Part shown: positions 9,615-20,195 of the stretch, one piece after another
Layout: every line of letters starts with the position of its first letter
Numbering within the stretch: the stretch's first letter is position 1
Source of the DNA: a virus
IMG/VR virus record: IMGVR_UViG_3300029827_000001
Span: 22,763 to 86,762 of that record
Strand: one strand, 5' to 3'
Length of the DNA: 64,000 nucleotides
Made by a program: the position numbers and the translations under genes
The notes under the pieces: model-generated
The model's input: only the letters and a program-made list of their open reading frames with translations
What the model was told of the DNA's origin: nothing
Database searches by the model: none

Positions 9615-10119
9615 CCTCCTTCAAAACTTTAAATTCAAAAGGACCCAGATTGCCCTTATATACTTCATTGATCAAAAGATTTTCTTGAAGCATAAGATTA
9701 CTAATAGCCTTCTTATCGTTGGTATACCCAATATGACCACTTATATACTCAATAGTCACAATCCTCTCACTATCAGTCACAGGAAAAGTCTTTACTCCCT
9801 CTCCACCAATCATACTCGGGATACCGTCGGCAAACTTTAAACCAGTTTCCTTAGCAATCCGATCTGCAAAAACCTTGTCCCAAATTGGAATAGATATAAC
9901 TCCCCAATATATCTCTTCCCACTTAAGAACCACAAGTTGAAAAAGATCATTCTTGAGAGTATCAGGAGGATAATGGCGATACTCTAAGAGAGTACTGAAA
10001 AGAGCAAAACCAATCCTACCAGGATGAAGCATACCAATTACAAAAAACTTGGTTTCATCTTTGGTCATCTCCTCCAGTTCTCCACTTGCTAGTGGTCTAC
10101 TTATTTCAGGTTCAGTCAT
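9607..10119 (-). CDS. hypothetical protein
   Basis: 170-aa ORF, GGGAGG RBS. Confidence 0.65.
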   Translation of the reverse strand: MTEPEISRPLASGELEEMTKDETKFFVIGMLHPGRIGFALFSTLLEYRHYPPDTLKNDLFQLVVLKWEEIYWGVISIPIWDKVFADRIAKETGLKFADGIPSMIGGEGVKTFPVTDSERIVTIEYISGHIGYTNDKKAISNLMLQENLLINEVYKGNLGPFEFKVLKEGG

Positions 10120-10137
10120 ATAGCCTCCCGTAAAATT

Positions 10138-11349
10138 TCAACTTGAAAAGGATCTAAGCTTTTCTCTAAGACTTATCTTGCCATCCTGCTTAATTTGATC
10201 TAGTTCAAGTTCTATTTCTGCTAAACGAACATCTTTAGTAGCTAGATCACTCTCAAGTTGGAGTATCTTCGCATTTTTGTGATCGAGTTCTTCTTTCTTA
10301 AGATCAAGTTCTTTCTTAATCTCAGAAAATCCATTAACAAATGGTTCCAGTTCCTGAACTTTTTTCTCAAGAGACTTAATAGTATTTTCCCGATCAACCA
10401 TGTATGCAAACACTTTTTTACCAAGATCAGCGTCAGTATAAATTGAGTCTAGTACATGAGTCTCTTGCGTATCTTCTTTGATCTCTTCTATAGGTTCTAT
10501 GGATTCCTCTTTAGAAATACTATTTGTTGTCATCTTCTGCTTCTCCTTTATAGAACTCCAGATTTCCTCTAACTTGGGGTCTCTGAATTTAATACTTGTT
10601 CTGGGTTGTCCCTCAACTATTCGAGTTTCTCTTTTTTCACCTTTAGCCACTTTTCGAAAGAAACTCGAAGTTAGTTCAGTAGGAAGATCTTTTGTGATAA
10701 GATAGTGAACCGGCTGTCTAGCTCCTGCTAATTTTACTCTTTCTAACCCACAATCTGACTGAAATATAGCATTCAGATAATTAGTTACTGTTGATGGTTT
10801 TATTTCTAGATTTCTAGCAGATGCGATTACTTCCAAGTCTTTCCTATTAAATATACTTCTAACTTCCATTTCCAGAAGCATATTATATATAGTTTTATAT
10901 ACGGAATCGGATCGTGCTTTCCACCCAAGAGGTCTTTTTGATAAAGTTTCACAGACTTCCCTTTTCTTTTCCTCATTATAAATCAGTTTATCTATAGGAA
11001 AGTAATTGACCTTTTTGGTTGTAATAACTCCTCTTTCTTTACGAAGAGCACAGGCTCTATTAAAAATTTGAGAGAAAGAAAGATCTATAGGTATATTTCC
11101 AGTTACCCTATAGAAAACTTCAGTAGAACCACTAGGTTTTAATTTATCTATACCATATCCTGCCTGTATGATATAGTCCAAATAGTTAAAGAGAGTTGAT
11201 TTTCTAATATTAAAACCTAGATCTACTAGTCTCTGTTGGAATGTTATTAGCTTAAACGAACACGCATCCATCGACGCCAGATGTACAATGACTGCATCAA
11301 ATATACTTTTTTTCATATTTAATTTAGACATCTTAAATTCTCCTTCCAT
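10138..11349 (-). CDS. putative DNA-binding protein (two wHTH-like repeats plus C-terminal coiled coil)
   Basis: Internal repeat IRKSTLFNYLDYIIQAGYGIDKLK / IKPSTVTNYLNAIFQSDCGLERVK; heptad-rich C-terminus. Confidence 0.55.
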   Translation of the reverse strand: MEGEFKMSKLNMKKSIFDAVIVHLASMDACSFKLITFQQRLVDLGFNIRKSTLFNYLDYIIQAGYGIDKLKPSGSTEVFYRVTGNIPIDLSFSQIFNRACALRKERGVITTKKVNYFPIDKLIYNEEKKREVCETLSKRPLGWKARSDSVYKTIYNMLLEMEVRSIFNRKDLEVIASARNLEIKPSTVTNYLNAIFQSDCGLERVKLAGARQPVHYLITKDLPTELTSSFFRKVAKGEKRETRIVEGQPRTSIKFRDPKLEEIWSSIKEKQKMTTNSISKEESIEPIEEIKEDTQETHVLDSIYTDADLGKKVFAYMVDRENTIKSLEKKVQELEPFVNGFSEIKKELDLKKEELDHKNAKILQLESDLATKDVRLAEIELELDQIKQDGKISLREKLRSFSS

Positions 11350-11352
11350 CTT

Positions 11353-12645
11353 TTATTTATATACAAACAAGATAGATAACATTGGAGTCGTATCCTGGTA
11401 TGTAAAAACTTGTACATCAATTACACAACCATAATTTGAAATAATAGGAATACGCTTATAACAGAATTTTAACTGGGTATGCTCTTGAGAACCCATTGGA
11501 ATTTTATTTCCAAACAACTTACCTCCATGAAATCCTTCAAGTTCAGAGTTTAAACCTGAGTCTTGAAATATAGTTTGAAGTACTTTAAATCTTTCTGATG
11601 GGCCTCCATCATTTCGAGTAGATACTGTAAAAGTTAGAAATTTAATGGAGTCAGGCAGAAAGTAAAGTTGAGTTAATATGCATCTTGTTATTATGTTTAC
11701 CTCCCCTTTTATGGATCCCATTAAATCAAGATCTATATATTGGCAATCTGGAATGATAATATCAGCCAAATCGGCTTTAATAAGGTTTACATTTCCATTA
11801 ATATAATTTGGACATATTAACGCTTCACTGTAAATTTTCCGGAATACCCCTTTCTCTCTTTCCACAACATATACCTTATCTGCAACTGTAGAAAATAAGT
11901 TTTCAATGTGTCGATTGTAGTCAGGACCAGTTACTGACAAACAGCTTATTTTCTGTCCATGTATATATTGCTTAACTGTTGTAAGGAAATGATTCTCTAC
12001 AAAATCTTTATTTAGTCCTAATTTTGTAAATCTATTGATAATTTTTATAGACTTCATCCCAACATTACTGGAAACTGATTTCTTTTTCCTTTTTGACTTT
12101 GTACTCTTCTTACCAGTATACCATTTAATGTGATCCTGAACGAAAAGATCCCATTCTTCTTCCGTTATATCTTTATTGGCGAGAACAAGTCTTTTTGGAA
12201 ACCGACCTTTACCTGATGCTCTCATCAGATTATTAATACCATTGTGTTTAACAATACCCTTCTTGATAGCATAACCGAAAAAGCGATAGAGATAACCTCG
12301 GTTCACTTGTTTTTGGACTGGAGTGACCTTCTGGTATGCCTGCTCAATTTCCAAGAGAACCAGCCCCTGTTTAGACGAGTTTAGAATTGCTGGTAATTTG
12401 CTCAAATCCTTCTGCCTTGTTCGCATATGTTCATATTTATACCCCTTTTTAGGTCCCTTCTTTTGTAATTCAATCTTCTTCAAAATTTTATATTTACCTC
12501 GTCCTATCCTTTCGACATTCCCATTCTCATGAAGTGAGTAAAAGTAGTTACCAACCATAGCTGGTTTTGAAAAATCCTGAAGTGCTACAGTTTTTCCAAC
12601 TCTCTCATTCAAAAAATCTCTAACTTCTTGCCTTGTATTAATCAT
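11353..12645 (-). CDS. hypothetical protein; basic N-terminus, possible SAM-methyltransferase-like C-terminal domain
   Basis: NVERIGRGKYKI (wing-like); VYVVERE and QYIDLDLMG resemble Rossmann MTase strands. Function tentative. Confidence 0.5.
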   Translation of the reverse strand: MINTRQEVRDFLNERVGKTVALQDFSKPAMVGNYFYSLHENGNVERIGRGKYKILKKIELQKKGPKKGYKYEHMRTRQKDLSKLPAILNSSKQGLVLLEIEQAYQKVTPVQKQVNRGYLYRFFGYAIKKGIVKHNGINNLMRASGKGRFPKRLVLANKDITEEEWDLFVQDHIKWYTGKKSTKSKRKKKSVSSNVGMKSIKIINRFTKLGLNKDFVENHFLTTVKQYIHGQKISCLSVTGPDYNRHIENLFSTVADKVYVVEREKGVFRKIYSEALICPNYINGNVNLIKADLADIIIPDCQYIDLDLMGSIKGEVNIITRCILTQLYFLPDSIKFLTFTVSTRNDGGPSERFKVLQTIFQDSGLNSELEGFHGGKLFGNKIPMGSQEHTQLKFCYKRIPIISNYGCVIDVQVFTYQDTTPMLSILFVYK

Positions 12646-12668
12646 ATGATACCCCCATATATCTTATC

Positions 12669-13028
12669 TTATATTCTCTCTATTCCAAATGGACTAGCAT
12701 TAAATCTATGCCTACATTTAGCACACATAATATTAGTAGACGCACCACCACTAGGTCCTTCAAGAAATTTCTTCCCTCCACAATCTGGACAACAGTTATA
12801 TTTTCTGGCTATCTCAGTCAACTTATTATCATCTTTCTCAACCTTATCACATAACTCGGTACAGTTTGCTGCAACTATACATCCCTCACATGGATATATC
12901 TCTTTCTCAATTTCAATAACCACATTCGTTGGTTTAACCATTTCACAAGTAACATCTGATGAGTGTTCATACCCTTCATCTTTCACCAATCCAAAAAATC
13001 TCATAATACTTTGAATAATACTCACCAT
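12669..13028 (-). CDS. Cys-rich protein (PCxxCx5Cx3C plus Zn ribbon)
   Basis: YPCEGCIVAANCTELC; CPDCG...EGPSGG...CAKC. Confidence 0.65.
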   Translation of the reverse strand: MVSIIQSIMRFFGLVKDEGYEHSSDVTCEMVKPTNVVIEIEKEIYPCEGCIVAANCTELCDKVEKDDNKLTEIARKYNCCPDCGGKKFLEGPSGGASTNIMCAKCRHRFNASPFGIERI

Positions 13029-13318
13029 ACACTCCCCACCCCATAGTTAAAAGTACAGGTATTGCATCTATATACACTACATAATGTTGGAGGAATAGAA
13101 CCATCAAACCAACGAGTCTCTCCAGTCCCTATAATCTTTCCTCCACAGTATGCACATAGGTTAGGATACTTATCCTGCATATAATGAATAACCGCCATAT
13201 TTAACTTTATACAATCTTCATTTTTCATAGTACAAGCGGTTAATAATAAACATCCTCGGCAAGGCGGTCTATACCTTGCTAACTCTAGTTTGTTTCTCAA
13301 TCTTTTAAACCATCCCAA
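13022..13318 (-). CDS. Cys-rich protein (same family)
   Basis: PPCRGCLLLTAC; CAYCG...CNTC. Confidence 0.6.
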   Translation of the reverse strand: MGWFKRLRNKLELARYRPPCRGCLLLTACTMKNEDCIKLNMAVIHYMQDKYPNLCAYCGGKIIGTGETRWFDGSIPPTLCSVYRCNTCTFNYGVGSVW

Positions 13319-13330
13319 AGTTATCTCCTC

Positions 13331-13924
13331 TTAGTAGTGAATCTTTTCATCTCCTCTTCGATAAATCCTCTGAGTTATTTGAAGATCAAAATTAAAGTAA
13401 TGACCACAGTTTCTACACTCATAGGCGTCTGGTCCAACACTACCTATCAATCTACGTCTGGCGTCAACTACTAAAAATCTTATATGGTCAAAACGGTTGT
13501 GACCACAATCAACACAACATCTCTCAGATATAAACCTTTCTGTATCAAAATGTCTTTTTTCTTTAACTTCCTCACAAAACTCAGTACAACTTGATATTAG
13601 CAAGCATTCTCGACACGGATAAATGGATTCTATTTTCCTTTTCTTAAACATAAAAAAGATATCAATGATACTTCTATTTAAAAAAGACAATACTAACTCT
13701 ATTGAATAAAATGCCGCTAGAAATACTAATGCGCTAGTTTTCTTAATGACCATTGATATTATTATCTGACTTGCAATACTTCCAAACAAACCGAATCTAA
13801 AAGCATTAACTCGGTGTCTTCTCCTCTTATTTCTAGCAATTATAAGAGGTTCAATAACATCATCAACTAATATATTACTACGTAAAGTCTTTTTCTTAAG
13901 CTTAGTTTCCATCCACACCTCCAA
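13331..13924 (-). CDS. membrane-anchored Cys-rich protein (same family)
   Basis: Two hydrophobic segments, then YPCRECLLISSCTEFC and CVDCG...CRNCG. Confidence 0.65.
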   Translation of the reverse strand: MEVWMETKLKKKTLRSNILVDDVIEPLIIARNKRRRHRVNAFRFGLFGSIASQIIISMVIKKTSALVFLAAFYSIELVLSFLNRSIIDIFFMFKKRKIESIYPCRECLLISSCTEFCEEVKEKRHFDTERFISERCCVDCGHNRFDHIRFLVVDARRRLIGSVGPDAYECRNCGHYFNFDLQITQRIYRRGDEKIHY

Positions 13925-13955
13925 TCAAATAAAATAAACAAGCACAGCATTCATA

Positions 13956-13970
13956 AATTAATATATATAG
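13956..13970 (-). promoter_or_regulatory. class A motif CTATATATATTAATT (putative early promoter)
   Basis: One of 7 near-identical copies, each upstream of a leftward gene block. Confidence 0.7.
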
Positions 13971-14074
13971 TTTATTGAAAGATGAAAAATTATAAATTTA
14001 AACTCGAGCGAGATACTTTTTTGGAATATGGTAACAAATAAATGATAGAATTTGATTTTTAAAAAGGAGTCAGT

Positions 14075-15040
14075 ATGAAAGTGAAAATTGAAAGATCAAT
14101 AAGGCAAGCTCTATCTCCTCATAGATTTGGTTCATGGGGAGACAACTTTAAATGCTCATCGGCAAATGGATCAAAACCTTCATTTAACATTGATGGTATG
14201 CTAATGGTCAATATCATTCATGACCTAATGATTAGTGGATACTGGAAATATGAAAATGAAGGTGATATACCAAAAAGTTGGAAAAAAGAAATTGTCTGGA
14301 AAAATCGAGAACCAATATATCATAAGAATACTTGTAATGATGCTTATGATAGTTTTCTTAAGAACTCAAATGATAAGAGAACTAAAGAATATTCTTACTC
14401 TGAGTTGTCAACAAAAATGTACCCATTCCTAAGAGATAGAATCAGTAGTGCATCATCTTTTAAGAAGACAATTATTAATCTTAGCAACCTAAGGTTTAAC
14501 TTAAATCTAAGGATAAGATCTGTATATCACTCCAAGAAAACTCTATATAATAATAAGACTTTTAAAAACTTTACTATTGAGTTTCCTGAAATTGAAACAT
14601 TCTATCTAAATACAAAAAATAATCCTCCATCTAGTTTAATGGACTTTGTGATAGTTGATGAAACAGATTTTAGTCGAGGGGGAATATCTGATCTAAAGTT
14701 CTATATAAAACTCCATAATCCATTGATGGCAGTTATGCGTCAAGGAGCAATGTATATAAACTTTGACTGGATACCAGAAGAAATCTATACTACTAAAATG
14801 AATAGTTATAGTAAATTTCTATATATACTGATGCTGGCGGGAAAAATTAATAAAGAGTATGAGTATACGATATATGAAATAGTTGATAGATTACAATTAA
14901 ATCCTAATCAAAGCATTAATCAACTTTGTGGTTTAGTTGAAGGATATCTAGGAAGTCTGGAAAAAAATCAGTTCATAACAGTAAATAAGATAAACGGAAA
15001 ATTTAAAAATAGAAGGTATTTTATTACTAATAGGAAGTAA
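14075..15040 (+). CDS. putative replication-initiator-like winged-helix protein
   Basis: EYSYSEL...FKKTIINL, FYIKLHNPL, YSKFLY, YTIYEIVDRLQL...YLGSLEKNQFI resemble plasmid Rep wHTH architecture; sits at the main strand switch before a 310-bp AT-rich gap. Confidence 0.45.
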   Translation: MKVKIERSIRQALSPHRFGSWGDNFKCSSANGSKPSFNIDGMLMVNIIHDLMISGYWKYENEGDIPKSWKKEIVWKNREPIYHKNTCNDAYDSFLKNSNDKRTKEYSYSELSTKMYPFLRDRISSASSFKKTIINLSNLRFNLNLRIRSVYHSKKTLYNNKTFKNFTIEFPEIETFYLNTKNNPPSSLMDFVIVDETDFSRGGISDLKFYIKLHNPLMAVMRQGAMYINFDWIPEEIYTTKMNSYSKFLYILMLAGKINKEYEYTIYEIVDRLQLNPNQSINQLCGLVEGYLGSLEKNQFITVNKINGKFKNRRYFITNRK

Positions 15041-15208
15041 GAACATTAGTAAGGCAGTAAGTATACTATTTTACTCTGTGAGTGGAATTTAAGGAAAAAA
15101 ACTACGTTATTTGAGAAAAAATGTATTAAACTAAAATTGAAATTTAATAACAATTTCATACAATTATAGATCTCAGTTCCCTATATGATTTATGATAATG
15201 ATTATGAA

Positions 15209-15254
15209 CACTTTGGTATAGATAGCTAGGTTGAGAACCTGCTATACCAAAGTG
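15209..15254. repeat. 13-bp inverted repeat in AT-rich intergenic region
   Basis: cactttggtatag (15209-15221) / ctataccaaagtg (15242-15254). Confidence 0.75.
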
Positions 15255-15349
15255 CTTTTGGGCATGCGCCCAGGTTATTAAAGAACAAATTCTTATAGGA
15301 AAAATTCAACCTTAATAAATTTATTAAGGTTCAGAAAGGAGATCAACGA

Positions 15350-17341
15350 ATGTTTAATGGAGATGAAACAATTTGGGTAAATCAAAAGGAATTCCAGTAC
15401 AAAGATGTAGAGTTTGGATCAGCTTCAATGCTAGATATAGCTACTTCAATCAACACGAAAGATTATAAGTACTTCTCTTATGTAACTCTAAATATCTCAA
15501 TTACTTCAGATTCAGATCGTACAAGAAGAAGCTGTAACCTTCAAATTCAAGATGTGAAGAAACTCTTCAACTCATTCAGAGAAGTATCAAAAGATTATGA
15601 GGAGGCATATTATAAGAATTCAGAAATCTCTCTCAAGGTTGGAGATAGATATTTGGAGTTCAAGTATAAAGAGTCAACCTCTGGAACTAGATGTGTGATA
15701 ATCATAATTGCCTATAGTGAGAATGATTATGGCAGAGTAATAGTACCATTGGAAGATTTTGAGACAATTATTCATATATTCTCAACTTTCTTTTATGGTT
15801 ATCAGAACTTTAGGAAAGAGTTAAAAGATCAAATTGTTAATCATAAGATTGCTGAAACTAACTTATCAATAGAGAGAGGTATAAGGTTACTCCCATCTTC
15901 TATTTCAATAGGAGGTATGGAAACTCCAACTTTAGATACAGAAACCAAAACTCCTTCTGATGAGCAAGATCTTCTAAAGGACTTTGAGAAACATATAGAT
16001 GAAAGTCTTGAGAAACCTCTTGAGGAAGAAAAGAAAATTCAGGCAGAAGAGAAAATGGAAGTTATTCCAGATATTAATAGTAGTTTTATTAAAGACACCT
16101 TGAAGTTAGATTTAGCAAATTATGAAAGAATACTAGTTGCTGCATCTGGAGAGTATAACTCAACTCAAGCAGTTATAGATAGATTGAAAGAGTCAATGTC
16201 CTTACCTAAAGATTTTATGGATCTTCCAGGGATCTCCGAGAAAGATTATAAGTCAACATTATATATTTCAAGATTCAATTATCTTACAGCATTCAAATTA
16301 TATATAAGAGATAAAAGTCCAGTTCCCATTTCAATGCCCCCAATAAAATATAAACCAGATCATTCAAAAGTTCATAGTTCTAACGTTGAGTTAGCATATG
16401 ATCTTCTTGTTATTAGTGCTTACCTGAAGAATCTGACGCAAAAGATCGCTCAGAAAAATGCTGATAGTCAGGAGAATAAAGCATTATTCTATTATGCGCA
16501 TAGATGTTTTACAGATATCTTGTGCTTTAGTTTTCTAGATGAAAAAGATGCTGACATTATTAAAAATTGTGTATTAAGTAGATTTCGAGATTATGAAAAA
16601 GCTGGTTTCTTTGCTCAATATCAAAACTTATTGTTTGAGAAAACTTGTACTCCTATAAGTGAGAAAGACATATATAGTTTTCTCGATTTATTAGTTCAGA
16701 AAGTACTCCCATCAAAGATGTATGTAGATGACTTTCATAGTAAACTTTTTGAAGATCGTTTACTAGTACCACCTTCAAACAATATTAGTTTAGAACAAAT
16801 AATAAATGAGGTTGTTAAGATTAACGTTCTACATTGTGTTAATGAACTCAATATTTATGAGGTTGATCTTGCTCAGCTAAATCAAATAATTGATTCTCGA
16901 GTTTCTCCGGAAGTATTTGATATTTTGCGAACTCCTAAAAGTACAAGGAAACAAGTTGAGAAAGTGAAATATACCTCAAATCTTCATTGGTATTTTAATA
17001 AGTACAGAGGAGATCTCCCAAAAGGAGAGGGTGATAAACTTGTTGAGTACTTTAAAGTATTGGGAGAGAACGATTTTCCATTTAATAACCCTCCAGTTAA
17101 TTTGGAAGATCTTGATGAAAGGTATGTACGAGCACTATATCATCATAATAACTTAGAGGGAAGTAAGAGAAATTTAGATAGAAATGGTTTTGTTACTTAT
17201 ATTCACGATAGTTGTGATATGACCAAAAGGGATATTCTTGATAAATATAAAGCAGAAGAAGAATCATCTGAAAAGGGCGAAAGTACTGAACAACCAGCGA
17301 CCGATGCAGATATATTTAATAATATCTCATGGGATTTATAG
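15350..17341 (+). CDS. large hypothetical protein
   Basis: 663-aa ORF, AAGGAG RBS, acidic C-terminal tail ending ISWDL. Confidence 0.75.
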   Translation: MFNGDETIWVNQKEFQYKDVEFGSASMLDIATSINTKDYKYFSYVTLNISITSDSDRTRRSCNLQIQDVKKLFNSFREVSKDYEEAYYKNSEISLKVGDRYLEFKYKESTSGTRCVIIIIAYSENDYGRVIVPLEDFETIIHIFSTFFYGYQNFRKELKDQIVNHKIAETNLSIERGIRLLPSSISIGGMETPTLDTETKTPSDEQDLLKDFEKHIDESLEKPLEEEKKIQAEEKMEVIPDINSSFIKDTLKLDLANYERILVAASGEYNSTQAVIDRLKESMSLPKDFMDLPGISEKDYKSTLYISRFNYLTAFKLYIRDKSPVPISMPPIKYKPDHSKVHSSNVELAYDLLVISAYLKNLTQKIAQKNADSQENKALFYYAHRCFTDILCFSFLDEKDADIIKNCVLSRFRDYEKAGFFAQYQNLLFEKTCTPISEKDIYSFLDLLVQKVLPSKMYVDDFHSKLFEDRLLVPPSNNISLEQIINEVVKINVLHCVNELNIYEVDLAQLNQIIDSRVSPEVFDILRTPKSTRKQVEKVKYTSNLHWYFNKYRGDLPKGEGDKLVEYFKVLGENDFPFNNPPVNLEDLDERYVRALYHHNNLEGSKRNLDRNGFVTYIHDSCDMTKRDILDKYKAEEESSEKGESTEQPATDADIFNNISWDL

Positions 17342-17352
17342 GAGAATTTTGA

Positions 17353-17964
17353 ATGGGTTTAAGTTTGGGAAAATCCCTTGATCGTTGCTTTAGTATAAGA
17401 CTACCTATTCTCGATGGTTACTATAATATAGGGATATTTTTTAACAAGAGGTCAACTTTTTTACTTTTTAAAGTTGACCCCGATTTCCCTAAAGGAGATA
17501 GACTCTCTCATGGAATGAAGATAAATATGTTTAAGAATATTGAGTCATCTAAATTCTGTGAGACCTTTTTAAACTTACACAGCTATAGAGGAGACAATCT
17601 AGATATCTTAAATCAGTTTGACTCAATCAAAGATGAATATTACTCAGAAATAAACTTTATCTTAAATGAAACAATAGTTCTATCAAAAGTAAGTGTTGGT
17701 GATAAGTCTCTATTTGATCAATTAATAATATATGGTTTTACTCTTTCCGCTTTTCAGTCTGAGATAATCTTTCTCCTAGCTGAAAGGCAAAATATTGTAA
17801 AAAGATTAAGCAAGAAAATTGTAAGAACAACTGGAATTCAAGTTTCGACAACATCTGCCATAGATATGATAAATGAGTTTCATGAGGATTTTAGAACTGG
17901 AGGAAAACTAGCAACAAAACCAAGGTTTCCATCAGATGAAATAATAAAATTAGAGGATGAATAA
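17353..17964 (+). CDS. hypothetical protein
   Basis: 203-aa ORF, AGGAG RBS, TAATG overlap with the next gene. Confidence 0.65.
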   Translation: MGLSLGKSLDRCFSIRLPILDGYYNIGIFFNKRSTFLLFKVDPDFPKGDRLSHGMKINMFKNIESSKFCETFLNLHSYRGDNLDILNQFDSIKDEYYSEINFILNETIVLSKVSVGDKSLFDQLIIYGFTLSAFQSEIIFLLAERQNIVKRLSKKIVRTTGIQVSTTSAIDMINEFHEDFRTGGKLATKPRFPSDEIIKLEDE

Positions 17965-19181
17965 TGCCAACCAAACCAGATAGATATGAATATACTTTTA
18001 TACATAATGTTTATGCTCATTTCTTTAGTGATACTGCAAAGTATTTCTCTGAGCATGTTTGGCCAAGATTTGAGTGGGTAACAATTGGAACATACGATAA
18101 AGCTGTTGAGTATATAACAAAGAGGCAACAGGAGCAAAGGGAAACTGATAAACCGTTGCTTCCTGCTCTTATTCTAAATCCGACTGGTGATTGGAATGTT
18201 TCTGACTATGGGGGTAAGCAGTATTGGAGATTTCCAAACTTGCAACCTGGAATGGTCGATAAATTATTTGACCCCATATATCAAGATCAGAATGTTTTAA
18301 TCACTCCAGCTTTTACAAGAATAAGAGGAGATATAGAATTAATTATGCTTCTAAACTCCTTTTATGAGTACTGTGATGTTAGAACATTATTTCTTTTAAT
18401 ATTTGGTGGTATGGAGAGAATAATCTATCCTCGATGGTTTCATAGTTTTATAATTCTTCCAGACGAGCTAATAAACTATAGATATGATAATCCAGTTACT
18501 GGACTTTCATATAAATTGGACTGGGACTCAGCAAATGCTAATCATCAACTAGTAAAAACTACGAACAGGAACGAGTTAGTTGTTCCCTGTCAAATTAGAC
18601 CATGGTATAAACTAACTTCTATAGGAGATGCCAGTACTAGATATGGTGGAGATCGACTAGCAGACTGGCGACTTAGTGCTACAATTGAATATGAAGTTGA
18701 AATGCCAACTTTTCTTGTTATTAAATCAGATTATCTAGCTGAAAATATTGAGTGGGAATTAAGGTATGAGTCAGTTTATACAAAGTATCCTGATTATAAT
18801 AGTGAACTTCCAGGAGACAGGAATTCTTGGAAAAGTCATTGGGATTGGAATCTAGATGAAACATCTAGTACTATAATTGAGCTTGAGGATGGACCAGATA
18901 TAGTTAAGTCAGAGGATTTTAGTTTTAAAACCAGATATTTTCATGTGGTGACTACTGCTGAGGCTGACTCGACTTCAAACATTATAATATCCATGCCAGA
19001 AGCAATAACTGATGAGAAGCGGCTAATTGTAAATTCTTATGATGGTCCACTAAGTTATTGGGATCATTATGAACTTATTGATAGTGGTACTAAGATGGTT
19101 ATAAAAATACCGGAAGTTAAGTTAAATGAAGGAGATATTATAGAACTATACGTTTATGAGGTAACTTATGAAAATCCTTGA
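17964..19181 (+). CDS. putative virion protein (possibly tail terminator/neck-like)
   Basis: 405 aa; KPLLPALIL followed by beta-rich segments is loosely reminiscent of T4 gp15-type proteins. ORF certain, function weak. Confidence 0.35.
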   Translation: MPTKPDRYEYTFIHNVYAHFFSDTAKYFSEHVWPRFEWVTIGTYDKAVEYITKRQQEQRETDKPLLPALILNPTGDWNVSDYGGKQYWRFPNLQPGMVDKLFDPIYQDQNVLITPAFTRIRGDIELIMLLNSFYEYCDVRTLFLLIFGGMERIIYPRWFHSFIILPDELINYRYDNPVTGLSYKLDWDSANANHQLVKTTNRNELVVPCQIRPWYKLTSIGDASTRYGGDRLADWRLSATIEYEVEMPTFLVIKSDYLAENIEWELRYESVYTKYPDYNSELPGDRNSWKSHWDWNLDETSSTIIELEDGPDIVKSEDFSFKTRYFHVVTTAEADSTSNIIISMPEAITDEKRLIVNSYDGPLSYWDHYELIDSGTKMVIKIPEVKLNEGDIIELYVYEVTYENP

Positions 19182-19728
19182 TAGGTACTTAGAAAGTTTG
19201 ATAGGTCAAGAGGATAAAGTCCAAGTCGAAGTAAACGTTGCGGCAGCGGTAATAATGAGACTTGATGACACAGGAAGTCCCGAAGTACTGTTGATTCAAA
19301 GAGCCAGAGAAGATCATTGGCCCAGTCACTGGGAATTTCCTAGAGGAAAATGTGATCAAGGACCAGATGAGAAACTATACCCTTGTTTGAAAAGGGAAAT
19401 AAAAGAAGAAACTGGACTTGATGTTATCCCTGTTAGGTTTATAAACAAATTCGAGTATCTGGCAGATGGGGGAACTAGGAGATCAACTCAGTATAACTAT
19501 TTATGTAAAATGAAAGATCCTGGTCAACCTATTAAGTTATCAAAAGAGCATCAAGACTATCGTTGGGTAAGAACTGCTGGAGAAGTTGAGCTTATGGTTA
19601 ATGCAGGTGAGATGAAGAAGACTCTTGTAAAAGTTTTTGATTCAGACCATAAAGTAGTAACATATCCTGAGAACGGAGCAACTGAGAAGATTGAAGAATC
19701 CATTGAGAAACTATTAGGAAAAATATGA
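19168..19728 (+). CDS. Nudix hydrolase
   Basis: VLLIQR, WEFPRGK...E...CLKREIKEETGL Nudix box, LSKEHQDYRWV. Confidence 0.92.
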   Translation: MKILDRYLESLIGQEDKVQVEVNVAAAVIMRLDDTGSPEVLLIQRAREDHWPSHWEFPRGKCDQGPDEKLYPCLKREIKEETGLDVIPVRFINKFEYLADGGTRRSTQYNYLCKMKDPGQPIKLSKEHQDYRWVRTAGEVELMVNAGEMKKTLVKVFDSDHKVVTYPENGATEKIEESIEKLLGKI

Positions 19729-20195
19729 AACTTATAATTAGACAAACTGGATTTTTTCTATCATTAACTGGACTAAAACCATTTAGGACACCTGCAATAG
19801 TAGATATTTCAAAAGTAAATCTTAACACTCTCAAACTTGAATTGAAGCAACAAGGAGTTGGGAAGTATGAGATTTCTGAGGAACCTTATCTTCCCATATC
19901 TATAGAACCAGATAAAAAACCAGCGGTTAGTGATAGTTCAAATAAGTTAAATGAGATACATAAAATGTTGAGTCAATTGTTGTCTAGACAACCAACAGTT
20001 GAGCATCATTATCATGCTGCTGTACAAACTTTAGATAGATTGGTTGAAGAGAAATCTGAACCTGATATAGAAGAATTTATTCCTGATATTGATCTTGAAG
20101 AATTCTCAGATGTTGAACTAGAATATAGAACTGAGAAATCTGAAGATGCATTTGGTACAGCAGAAGCATTAAGAAAACTAAAAGGAGATAAATAG
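19725..20195 (+). CDS. hypothetical protein directly upstream of actin homologue
   Basis: 156 aa; N-terminus (FRTPAIVDIS...LKQQGVGKYEI) resembles 60709..61005 (VRTPVSIDVT...IQSRGILGYEV). Confidence 0.65.
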   Translation: MKLIIRQTGFFLSLTGLKPFRTPAIVDISKVNLNTLKLELKQQGVGKYEISEEPYLPISIEPDKKPAVSDSSNKLNEIHKMLSQLLSRQPTVEHHYHAAVQTLDRLVEEKSEPDIEEFIPDIDLEEFSDVELEYRTEKSEDAFGTAEALRKLKGDK

